Translations under genes and position numbers: made by a program
Shown: piece by piece, positions 32,667-41,039 of the stretch
Position numbering within the stretch: position 1 is the first letter of the stretch
Layout of the letters: each line of letters begins with the position of its first letter
Notes under the pieces: model-generated
The model's database searches: none
Told to the model about the DNA's origin: nothing
The model's input: only the letters and a program-made list of their open reading frames with translations
DNA from: an uncultured delta proteobacterium
GTDB lineage: Bacteria; Desulfobacterota; Binatia; UBA9968
Assembly (NCBI GenBank): GCA_963804165.1
Contig: CAWDPO010000010.1
Location: 1 to 64,000, forward strand
DNA length: 64,000 bases
Reading direction: 5' to 3'

Positions 32667-32845
32667 TCAGGGCGAGTTTCAAGCCGTTCAAGTCGTTTAA
32701 CCGACAGAATATTCGACACACTGCTAATTGAACGTTGAACAGTCCGAAGTTTTCAGACGGTTTGGACGAACCCCGGACTCGATCCGGAGGGTTGAACGGC
32801 TTGAACGATTTGAACCTCTCATCCAGAGAAAAAGGAGGGTTCGAG

Positions 32846-33910
32846 ATGAAATTGAATAGACTGCGACTTCAGCTCACCGCCCAAGCCATCTTGAGCGCGT
32901 CGTTGATTTTTCTCTCCACCAACGCCTTCTCCCAGACGCCTTTCTATCAAGGCAAAACCATCACGATCATTCAGGGCACGGAACCGGGCGGCAGCTCGGA
33001 CATGATGACCAAGGCGATGCTGCCACATTTGAAAAAACATATTCCCGGCGAGCCCACCATCGTTTCGGAATACATGGGCGGCAGCGGCGGCATCAAGGCG
33101 GCCAATCACATTTTTAGAAACGCGCGCCCCGACGGCTTGACCATCGGCCGCATCGGCGGCGGTCTGGTGGCGAATGCGGCGCTCGGCGAAAAAGGCGTGC
33201 TCTACGATTTGAACAAATTCATTTACCTCGGCTCGCCGCACAGTACCTATCATTGGGTCTTCTTCACCAGGCGGGAAGCGAATTTGAGAAATATCGAAGC
33301 GCTGCGCACGACGCCGGGAATACGCATCGGCGCCCAGTCGGTGGGGCATTCCATTTATTTCGTCGGCCGGCTGTTTGCTTATCTGATCGGCTTTAAAGAT
33401 CCCAAGTTCGTCGTCGGTTATTCGGGCACCGAGCTCGACTTGGCGGTCACCCGCGGCGAGGCGGACGGTCGGGTCAATAACGCCGACACGATGCTGTCGC
33501 GCAGCGCCGACCTGCTGGCAAAGAAAGCCCTCGATCTGCACGTCATCATGGAAGTACCGAAAGGTTTGAAACAACCGGGTTTCGATGGCCTGCCGGAGAT
33601 CGAGGAATTTGCCAAGTCGGACAAAGAACGCAAATTGCTCGCAATGGTCCGGACATTCAGACAAGTCGGCACGCCGTCGATGCTGCCGCCGGGAACACCG
33701 CCGGAGCAAGTAAAGATCCTACGTACCGCCATGGCGAAGATGTACAGCGACCCGGAGTTTCACAAGGATTACCGGAAGCTCGTCGGCGAAGAACCGACAC
33801 CTATTCTAGGTGAAGAAATGGAGCGCGGTATTAAGGATCTACCGCGCGATCCCGAGCTCGTAGATCTATTCAAAAAACTCAACGCCGCCGGACCGCTGCC
33901 GGCGAGGTGA
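32846..33910 (+). CDS. TctC/Bug-like receptor (copy 12)
   Basis: FYQGKT..QGTEPGGSSD; ends GPLPAR; ATG after aaggaggg. Confidence 0.9.
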   Translation: MKLNRLRLQLTAQAILSASLIFLSTNAFSQTPFYQGKTITIIQGTEPGGSSDMMTKAMLPHLKKHIPGEPTIVSEYMGGSGGIKAANHIFRNARPDGLTIGRIGGGLVANAALGEKGVLYDLNKFIYLGSPHSTYHWVFFTRREANLRNIEALRTTPGIRIGAQSVGHSIYFVGRLFAYLIGFKDPKFVVGYSGTELDLAVTRGEADGRVNNADTMLSRSADLLAKKALDLHVIMEVPKGLKQPGFDGLPEIEEFAKSDKERKLLAMVRTFRQVGTPSMLPPGTPPEQVKILRTAMAKMYSDPEFHKDYRKLVGEEPTPILGEEMERGIKDLPRDPELVDLFKKLNAAGPLPAR

Positions 33911-33986
33911 TCTAATATTTACCTCGTTCAAAAAGTTCAAGCCGTCTGAACGGGCAGGGCCCCGTGCCTGCCCCTATCCCGCCTAG

Positions 33987-35474
33987 CAGCCCGTGGCAAA
34001 AGAGCTCACGAGCGGGAATTTGATTCGCTCCACTTTGGTAGACATGTGAAAGGCGATCGTCGTGTTATCGGTCGATACCAGCTTCGAAGACGCTCCCAAA
34101 GCGTTTCTGAGGACCTTACGAATGACCATACAACTGCAAAAAGCGCCGCCAGGCGGCCCTGCAGGCTGCGCGGCGTGCCCACACCGAACAGTGTTCGCAT
34201 CAACAATCCAAGATTCAACGCCGCGGCATGTAGCAGTATGCGTTTGAGGATGTTCTGATGACCCCGCAGGTAGACACGTCGCATCGCTCCAGTTTCATAC
34301 AGATGGGCAAACGGCCGCTCGAGGAGTTCCCCCCGCTGACGGAGCAGCCGCTTGCCGCGTACGCCGCTAATCCGTCGGCGGTTGCGATATACGGCGTTGC
34401 GCGCCTCGGGGTTATCCTTCCAGTTTCGCCGCCCGCGATCGGGCTCCGAAATGTAGCTGCGCACGCCCACCGCTTCCAGGGCCACCAGCGCTTGATTGCT
34501 ATGATACCCCTTGTCGGCGACGACCTCTTTTGGCCCATCGCTCTCAGGGATGACCGCCTCGATCTGCTCGGCGGCCTCAATCAGCGTCTTGATACTCGTG
34601 GTGGGATCCCCTTGATCGGCGCCCTGCACGGTCACGCCCACCACCGCCCCCGTCTCCAGATCGACCGCGTGCTCGGCCTTGTGCGCCAAGTGCGTGCGTC
34701 CATCCTTCATCTTGGTGATCTTGGCGTCCGGGTCATGGGGATGGGTCCAGTCATCGTTGGAGCCCTTGTTCTTGCGCTTGCGGTCAAGGCGCGCCAAGTC
34801 CTCGCGTGTGGGCGTCTCAATGCCGGAGGCCTTGGCCAGCTGGGTGAGAAACTCCTGATAGTTTTCACCCGTATCGCGTCGCACGATACTGCGCAGCGCC
34901 GCATTGGCTTCGAGCGTGGTCGCGTCCATGCCGATCGTTTTGCCCTTGACCAAGCCCGCTTCAGCGAGCTGATTGAGAATCCAAGTGAAAACCTCCCGGT
35001 GCGTCTCCAAGTCGATCAACCGACGTGTGCGCGAAATCGTCGAATGGTCGGGCGGTGCCTCCGGCAACTCCAAATCCAAAAATTGGCGCAACGCAAACGA
35101 ATCGGCGGCGCGCCAGGCTATCGCGCGCTCGGAATCGAGCCCTTCAAAGTACCCGACAACGAGCAGGCGAAAATAGCGACCCGGTGCCAGACTCGGCCGG
35201 CCCATCCGCTCGGCGTAAAACGGCGCGCACAACTTCTCCACATGCGCATCGAACCCGGCTTTATCCAAAATCTGATTGATCCGCTCATAGAATGGATGTG
35301 CGGCCGTCGTCGGCAGATCGCTCGTGGCGATCCATATCGTCGATTGCCTCAACCTCTGCTTACGTTTTCCCATCGCCATGCACTCGACTGTACTATGCCT
35401 TAGCTGGTGTGACCAATGATCCAATCAATTTTCTGTTATTTGTTGAAGCCAACACGGACTTTCACCACGGACTG
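33987..35474 (-). mobile_element. IS1182/IS5-like insertion sequence
   Basis: TIRs cagcccgtggcaaaag / ctttcaccacggactg; CTAG duplicated at 33983-33986 and 35475-35478. Confidence 0.88.
34006..35379 (-). CDS. DDE transposase (DUF772-type N-terminus)
   Basis: GRPSLAP, PDHSTISRTR, DATTLEANA, VADKGYHS, R.ELLERPFAH. Confidence 0.9.
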   Translation of the reverse strand: MAMGKRKQRLRQSTIWIATSDLPTTAAHPFYERINQILDKAGFDAHVEKLCAPFYAERMGRPSLAPGRYFRLLVVGYFEGLDSERAIAWRAADSFALRQFLDLELPEAPPDHSTISRTRRLIDLETHREVFTWILNQLAEAGLVKGKTIGMDATTLEANAALRSIVRRDTGENYQEFLTQLAKASGIETPTREDLARLDRKRKNKGSNDDWTHPHDPDAKITKMKDGRTHLAHKAEHAVDLETGAVVGVTVQGADQGDPTTSIKTLIEAAEQIEAVIPESDGPKEVVADKGYHSNQALVALEAVGVRSYISEPDRGRRNWKDNPEARNAVYRNRRRISGVRGKRLLRQRGELLERPFAHLYETGAMRRVYLRGHQNILKRILLHAAALNLGLLMRTLFGVGTPRSLQGRLAALFAVVWSFVRSSETLWERLRSWYRPITRRSPFTCLPKWSESNSRS

Positions 35475-35492
35475 CTAGAGCCCGAATCGGCA

Positions 35493-35561
35493 CTTACCTT
35501 GCCGGCGGCCTTCGTCGATATTAATATCGCGAAAGGCAGATCTGTATATTACTGGTTGAAC
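35493..35561 (+). promoter_or_regulatory. Putative attI/cassette-promoter-like site, copy 1
   Basis: 60 bp matching 40859-40918 at 51/60 (hand count); palindrome cgatattaatatcg, then ctgtatattac, then a GTTGAAC core. Confidence 0.5.
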
Positions 35562-35713
35562 TAAACCGCTGCGCGGTGGCGGATGCCATGCCAGCGGTAG
35601 TGCTTTTGTCCGCTGCTGTTTTGCGCTTCATCTCTCGTAGCTTTGAGTCCCTCCCAGATTTCTGTTTCGCGTGATAGCGTCACTCCCAAATTTGAATCCA
35701 AGGAGGATTTTGT

Positions 35714-36550
35714 ATGGGAGCACTACGCACGAGGATGGTCGAGGAGATGAAGTTGAGAAACTTCTCGCCGCGCACGCAGCAGTCGTATTTGGCGGCGATG
35801 ATAGGATTGGTCAAGCATTATCGCCGGTCGCCGGACCAACTGACGCAAGACGACATTCGCGCTTATCTACTGCATCTGGAAAAACGCGGGTTGTCGCCGA
35901 GTTCGCGCAACGTGGCAATCTCGGGGATGAAGTTCTTTTACCACCAGATGTTGGGCTGGAACGACAAGCAATTGTTTATTCCACCGAGAAAGCGAAGTTG
36001 GCAACTGCCCGAAGTGTTAGGCCAGAAGGAAGTCGAACGGTTGCTGTTGGCCGCGGCAAAACAGCGCGACCGATGTCTGTTAATGACGGCCTACGCCACG
36101 GGGTTGCGGGTCAGTGAATTGGTCCGGCTCAAAGTCAGCGCCATTGACAGCGAACGGATGATGGTGCGGGTGGAGCAAGGCAAGGGGAGAAAGGACCGCT
36201 ACACGATTTTGTCTCTCCATCTGCTCACCGAGCTGCGCTCCTATTGGAAAGAGCATCGCTCGCCGATTTACCTGTTCCCCAACCGCAAGGGCGGTCCGAT
36301 ATCGATCGACTACGCCCAGAGGATCTACAATCTTGCCAAGGTGAAGGCCGGCATCCAAAAAGGCCACGGCATCCATACACTCAGACACTGTTTTGCTACC
36401 CATCTATTGGAAGCCGGGGTGGATCTGAGAACCATTCAGACGCTATTGGGCCATAACTCCATGGCCAGTACCGAGCGTTATTTGCAGATTCGCCAGCACA
36501 GGATCACCACCACGGCCAATCCCTTAGATCTGCTGCGACTGCCAAACTGA
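35714..36550 (+). CDS. Tyrosine recombinase (XerD/integron-integrase-like, no IntI-specific insertion)
   Basis: TGLRVSE, GKGRKDR, HTLRHCFATH, LLGH, TERY catalytic residues; 278 aa. Confidence 0.92.
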   Translation: MGALRTRMVEEMKLRNFSPRTQQSYLAAMIGLVKHYRRSPDQLTQDDIRAYLLHLEKRGLSPSSRNVAISGMKFFYHQMLGWNDKQLFIPPRKRSWQLPEVLGQKEVERLLLAAAKQRDRCLLMTAYATGLRVSELVRLKVSAIDSERMMVRVEQGKGRKDRYTILSLHLLTELRSYWKEHRSPIYLFPNRKGGPISIDYAQRIYNLAKVKAGIQKGHGIHTLRHCFATHLLEAGVDLRTIQTLLGHNSMASTERYLQIRQHRITTTANPLDLLRLPN

Positions 36551-36565
36551 GAAGGCAGATTCTCG

Positions 36566-37742
36566 GTGCTGTCGCGCGCGGATGGGCGGGCAGCAGGAGA
36601 GAAACAGGGGCGCCCCGAGCTGGCCGATGTTTTTCGCCAGTACGGGGAGAACTACCAACGAACGCATCGCTTGTCGGCCTCTCAGCAAAAAGTGATGCAG
36701 GCCGTCTCGGTCTGCCGGACTCAACAGCTAGGCGGGCATCTGGATCGATGCGACTCATGCGGTTTTGAGCGCCCGGCTTATAACTCCTGTCGTAACCGCC
36801 ACTGTCCTAAATGCCAGTCCTTGGCCAAAGCCAAGTGGTTGGAGAAACAAACCGCTGAGCTTTTGCCGGTGGGATACTTCCATCTGGTCTTCACGTTACC
36901 GCACGAGCTCAATGGTCTGATCCTCGCCCACAAAAAGATTGGTTTGAGCTCTGCTCTTTAAAGCCGTCAGCGAAACGCTCCTTGAGTTTGGCCGCTCGCG
37001 TCTTAAGGGAACGGTGGGGGTCATCGCCGTCCTGCATACCTGGGATCAAACGCTCAAAGACCATTTTCATCTGCACTGTCTCATCCCCGCCGGCGCTCTG
37101 TCCTTCGATCACAGCCGCTGGATCTCTGCGCGAAAAAACTTTCTGTTTCCCGTCAAAGCTTTGAGCCGGGTCTTTCGTGGAAAGTTTCTTGATCGGTTAC
37201 AGCAGGCCGGTGATAGAGGAAAAGTCGAAGAAATCAACGCTGTCATCAAAGCCTTACGCCAAAAAGATTGGAACGTCTACGCGAAAAAGCCCTTCGGTTC
37301 TCCACAGAAAGTTCTCGATTACCTCGGCCGCTACACTCACCGCGTCGCTCTCTCCAATGACCGAATCCTCAAAGTCGAAAACGGCCAGGTCTCTTTGAGC
37401 TATAGAGATCGAAAAGATGGGGATAGAAAAAAAACAGTCACCCTTGAAGCCCAGGAATTTATCCGCCGCTTCATGCTTCACGTGCTTCCCGATGGCTTCA
37501 TGCGCATCCGTCACCTCGGGTTTCTGGCCAACCGCTCTAAGAAACAGGCCTTGGCTCAATGCCGCAAACTTCTCGATCTTGATCCGGCTTTGCCCCAGCG
37601 TCCCAACGAATCAGCCAAAGAATTGCTGCTAAAAATTAGCGGTTTCGATCTCGCTCGCTGCCCTTGCTGCTGTGAGGGAATGATGATTATCGTAGGCGAC
37701 CTACCAGCATTGTCGATCTCGCCTCGTGTGGATTCTTCATGA
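36566..37742 (+). CDS. IS91-family rolling-circle (Y2/HUH) transposase; frameshift near 36955
   Basis: Zn motif CDSCG..YNSCRNRHCPKCQ, HLVFTLP, HUH motif HFHLH, YLGRY, FIRRFMLHVLP. Confidence 0.9.
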
Positions 37743-37990
37743 ACAAGGCTCCATCGCATCTCAGCTGGTGTGACTCTCGATCTGCCGACATTGGCGCGGG
37801 TGTGTTTGGCTCTGCCCAAAACCGGCTCTGAAGCCGCATGGCAGTGTCGCAATCGGCGAAAAGCCATCGGCGCTGATCTCAACCAGCATCCGCTGGCCGT
37901 ACTATCGCTACCGCGTGCGCCATGCTCGGCCGGCACTGCGTCCAGGTTACAATCCCCATAGCCGAAGCAGCACAGCGGCTCCGCGGTTTA

Positions 37991-38085
37991 GTCCAACCAC
38001 GTTTTATCCCCTTAGCGATACTCCGGCGCTATCCAAGCAACTTGATTGCCGCCAACCTTTAGGGATAAAACGCTATACGTTAGAC
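37991..38085 (+). other. attC-like site at the right end of the recombinase/HUH element
   Basis: GTCCAAC (RYYYAAC) ... cgttttatccc / gggataaaacg inverted repeat ... GTTAGAC (GTTRRRY). Confidence 0.7.
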
Positions 38086-38104
38086 CGACAGAGATACTTG
38101 GAAG

Positions 38105-38506
38105 ATGCAACATCAACGTACTGAAATCGGAAGAGCATGGTTCGCAATATGTTGGTTCGCCACTTGGGGATTGTTTCAGGGATTTGCAGTCTTCTCGGTG
38201 CTCAATGGAACCTGGGAGCGACCAGCCGCATTTCCGGCCGGCGCATACGAGTCGCTGATCTATCCAGATATGTTCTTCATTCCGCTCTACTTGTTGGCGG
38301 CCACTCTGCTGTTTCGGCGCCACTGGCTCGGGAGCGTTCTGGCCTTTGTGGCGGGCGGTGGAATCGTCTACGCCATGATCTATCTCTTGGCCCTTTCTGG
38401 TTTCTCAGGCGCGGTTAATCTGACCGCTGACGGGATATTCTTGGCCTGCACGTTTGTCTCGCTGTGGCAGGTGGGGTACCGCACCAGTCTGCGGCACGCG
38501 GTCTAA
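38105..38506 (+). CDS. Cassette-borne hypothetical membrane protein (about 4 TM)
   Basis: Starts about 20 bp after GTTAGAC; stop codon lies inside GTCTAAC. Confidence 0.75.
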   Translation: MQHQRTEIGRAWFAICWFATWGLFQGFAVFSVLNGTWERPAAFPAGAYESLIYPDMFFIPLYLLAATLLFRRHWLGSVLAFVAGGGIVYAMIYLLALSGFSGAVNLTADGIFLACTFVSLWQVGYRTSLRHAV

Positions 38507-38602
38507 CACGCCGCTGCAGCCGACGAGCGGCGCGGCTGGTATCGGGCTGACTCAAGGGTCTTGGGTGATCGCCGCTCGCGGCTGAGCGGCATGGCGTTAG
38601 GG
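38501..38602 (+). other. attC recombination site
   Basis: GTCTAACacgccgctgcagccgacgagcggcg ... cgccgctcgcggctgagcggcatggcGTTAGGG; imperfect palindrome with extrahelical bases. Confidence 0.93.
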
Positions 38603-38632
38603 GCCGGATCTGCGCTGCAACTTGGATAGACC

Positions 38633-39109
38633 ATGTCATTTCCTGCCCCGTTCATCATTCGTCAGCTTGCGTCCGACGACGTGGCACTGATGGAAGCCAT
38701 GTTGACGACCTTCGGCAATGCGTTCGACGAGGTGGAGGCTTATGGCGCGGCTCGGCCAAGTAAAGCCTATCTCGAGCGCTTGCTTGGCAGTGATTATTTT
38801 ATCGCGCTTGCAGCATTGAAGAATGACTCGGTTGTCGGCGGCATCGCCGCTTACGAACTCCATAAGTTCGAGCAGGAGCGCAGTGAAATCTACATTTATG
38901 ATTTGGCCGTCGCGGCAGCGCACCGGCGCGAGGGCATCGCGAGGCGGAGCGAACTCAAGAAGATTGCTGTAGTGCGCGGAGCCCATGTCATCTTCGTGCA
39001 AGCGGACATCGGCGATGCACCTGCCATCGAGTTATATACGAAGCTAGGAGCTCGCGAAGAAGTGCTGCACTTCGATATCGCAGTTCCGGGTGGCAATGAC
39101 GGTACATAA
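38633..39109 (+). CDS. aac(3)-I: AAC(3)-I-family aminoglycoside N-acetyltransferase (GNAT)
   Basis: AAYELHKFEQERSEIYIYDLAV...HRREGIA and VIFVQAD.GD.PAI.LYTKLG.REEVLHFDI match AAC(3)-I; about 3 aa missing after GIA. Confidence 0.85.
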   Translation: MSFPAPFIIRQLASDDVALMEAMLTTFGNAFDEVEAYGAARPSKAYLERLLGSDYFIALAALKNDSVVGGIAAYELHKFEQERSEIYIYDLAVAAAHRREGIARRSELKKIAVVRGAHVIFVQADIGDAPAIELYTKLGAREEVLHFDIAVPGGNDGT

Positions 39110-39168
39110 ACGTGGTTGCAGGTGACTTCCAGCCTGCGACCGGCCCGCACCTGAACCACGGGATAAGT
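39104..39168 (+). other. Degenerate attC site
   Basis: cgtggtt(g)caggtg / cacctgaaccacg arms with one extrahelical G; core sites degenerate (ACATAAAC, GATAAGT). Confidence 0.65.
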
Positions 39169-39171
39169 GCC

Positions 39172-39565
39172 ATGACCACCTACCGAGGTTCCTGCCATTG
39201 CGGAAAAGTCCGCTTCGAAGCGGTCGAGGCTGAGATTGACCATGTTCGAGTCGTGCGACTGCTCCATCTGTCGCAGGCGAGGTGCGCTCAATTATCGCGT
39301 GGCCAAAGAAAATTTTCGTTTGCTGACGCCTTGGCAGGATCTCACCCTGTATCAATGGGGCTCTCTAACTGCAAAGGACTATTTCTGTCCGACATGCGGT
39401 ATTTTGTCTTTCAGACGACCGAGCGATCCAACACCGGCGGAACTATCTGAAGGCGTAGAGCCCTTCGAAGGATGGGCTATCAACCTAAGATGCCTAGAAG
39501 GCATCGATCTGGACTCAATCCCTGTCAAGCGAATCGACGGCAGTAGAATCCGGCTTGGTCTCTAG
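39172..39565 (+). CDS. GFA/CENP-V family Zn protein (frameshift near 39250)
   Basis: YRGSCHCGKV, CDCSICRRRG, FCPTCGI, INLRCL. Confidence 0.85.
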
Positions 39566-39726
39566 AGGCCGTCGCCCACGCGCCAAAATAATTAGCCATT
39601 TTTTCCGCGTCGGGCAGACGGTTACGACCTTGTCGTGCTTTCTGAATTGATGGAACCAAAAGATACAGATCGCTGCGTCGCCTGAGCCCACAAAACTTAG
39701 TATAGTTCGTCAGGTAGGTTGATTTC

Positions 39727-40528
39727 ATGAGTATCTCTGGAGGATACGATGAATACGCGTTCATCGCCGATCTCTACGACCACGTCGTGCCTTACCGTGC
39801 TCGGGCGGATATCGCCTTCTTCGTCGAAGCAGCGAGGAAAGCTGGGAGTCCAGTTCTCGAAGTGGGTTGCGGGACCGGACGCATCCTGATTCCGACCGCT
39901 CGCGCCGGCGTTGATATCGTGGGTCTCGATCTTTCTCCGCACATGCTTGCAGTGTGCCGCCGGCGGCTCCGGGACGAACCGGCACGAGTCGAATCCAGGG
40001 CGCGCCTAATACAGGCAGACATGCGATCGTTCGACCTCGGAAACACTTTCAATTTGGTGACAGTTCCGTTTCGTCCCTTCCATCTTGACTACATTGGACG
40101 ATCAGTTCGCCTGTCTCGTGAACATTCGTCGCCACTTGGTCGATGGAGGTCGCTTGATCCTTGACCTGTTCAATCCGTCTCTCGATTTACTGGTGAATGC
40201 GGCGGTTGGAGAAGAATTCGGTGACGAACCGGAGTTCTCCATGCCGGATGATCGTCGTGTGATCCGGCGCCACAAGACCGTCGCCAGCGATCGCTTTAGT
40301 CAAGTCAACCAGGTTGAGCTGATCTATTACGTCACTCATCCCGACGGCCGCGAAGAACGTTTGGTCCACTCTTTCCCTATGAGATATCTGTTCAGATTTG
40401 AAGCAGAACATCTGTTAGCTCGCTGTGGATTTGAGGTTGAGCATGTTTATGCGGATTACGACAAGAATTCGTACGGGTCGAAATATCCAGGCGAACTAAT
40501 ATTTGTCGCAAAACATGCCAGGACCTGA
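39727..40528 (+). CDS. Class I SAM-dependent methyltransferase (frameshift near 40080)
   Basis: VLEVGCGTGR, GLDLSPHML, QADMRSF. Confidence 0.87.
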
Positions 40529-40551
40529 CGGTACAGCCGCAGCCTAACATC

Positions 40552-40670
40552 CGGTATCAAAGACCTGCAGCGCGATCCGGAGATCATCGATCTTTTCAAG
40601 AAACCCAATGCCGCGGGACCGCTGCCGGCGAGGTGATCTAGATTTAACTCGTTCAAAAAGTTCAAGCCGT
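40552..40670 (+). pseudogene. Duplicate of the 3' end of TctC copy 12 plus its downstream repeat (33826-33945)
   Basis: GIKDLQRDPEIIDLFKKPNAAGPLPAR* followed by tcta..ttta.ctcgttcaaaaagttcaagccgt at both sites. Confidence 0.88.
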
Positions 40671-40858
40671 TCAAACCGTTTTTACGGAGCGCAGCACCAG
40701 TTTCATCAAATTTACCGCGTCTGCAATGTGGAGCACATCCGGGTACCTGATCAATTTTCGACTGCTGGAGTTCCTTCCGATGAACCTCTTCCCATGCGCA
40801 TTCGAGCCCGTCTAAACGAGAGCAGAGCAAACGGTTCTCGGCCTTTATGTATCCGACC

Positions 40859-40925
40859 CTTACCTTGCAGCCAGCCTTTGGCGATATTAATATCGCCAAA
40901 AGCTGGTCTGTATATTACGTTATAC
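40859..40925 (+). promoter_or_regulatory. Putative attI/cassette-promoter-like site, copy 2
   Basis: Perfect 24-bp palindrome tttggcgatattaatatcgccaaa (40877-40900), then ctgtatattac, then GTTATAC. Confidence 0.5.
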
Positions 40926-41039
40926 CGTCCCGATCTCTTGAGCTAAAACTCTCGGAGAAGGAAGCGATTAGCCACCGGTAATGTCAGAGTTCTTCAGCCC
41001 GCATAAAGTGCGGATGAGCCGTTCCACCGGCATAATCAC

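Larger units (their letters stand above)
35555..38085 (+). mobile_element. Tyrosine recombinase + IS91-type HUH transposase element with cassette-like ends
   Basis: Left end GTTGAACTAAACCGC is inverted to GCGGTTTAGTCCAAC (37983-37997, 14/15); right end is an attC-like hairpin ending GTTAGAC. Confidence 0.8.

Noticed and set aside
18610-33950. GTTCAA/TTGAAC repeats as CRISPR repeats or attC sites making the TctC genes cassettes
   Set aside because: No constant repeat-spacer period, no cas genes and no RYYYAAC/GTTRRRY box architecture; the same repeats occur beside non-TctC genes.
34258-35403. 381-aa plus-strand ORF
   Set aside because: Antisense shadow of the transposase in GC-rich DNA.
35542-35560. 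LexA/SOS box at ctgtatattac
   Set aside because: Only the CTGT half is present, with no ACAG at the correct spacing in either copy.
35714-36550. Class 1-like integron integrase intI
   Set aside because: Only 278 aa, lacks the IntI-specific insertion, is co-oriented with the cassettes and is coupled to an IS91-type transposase.
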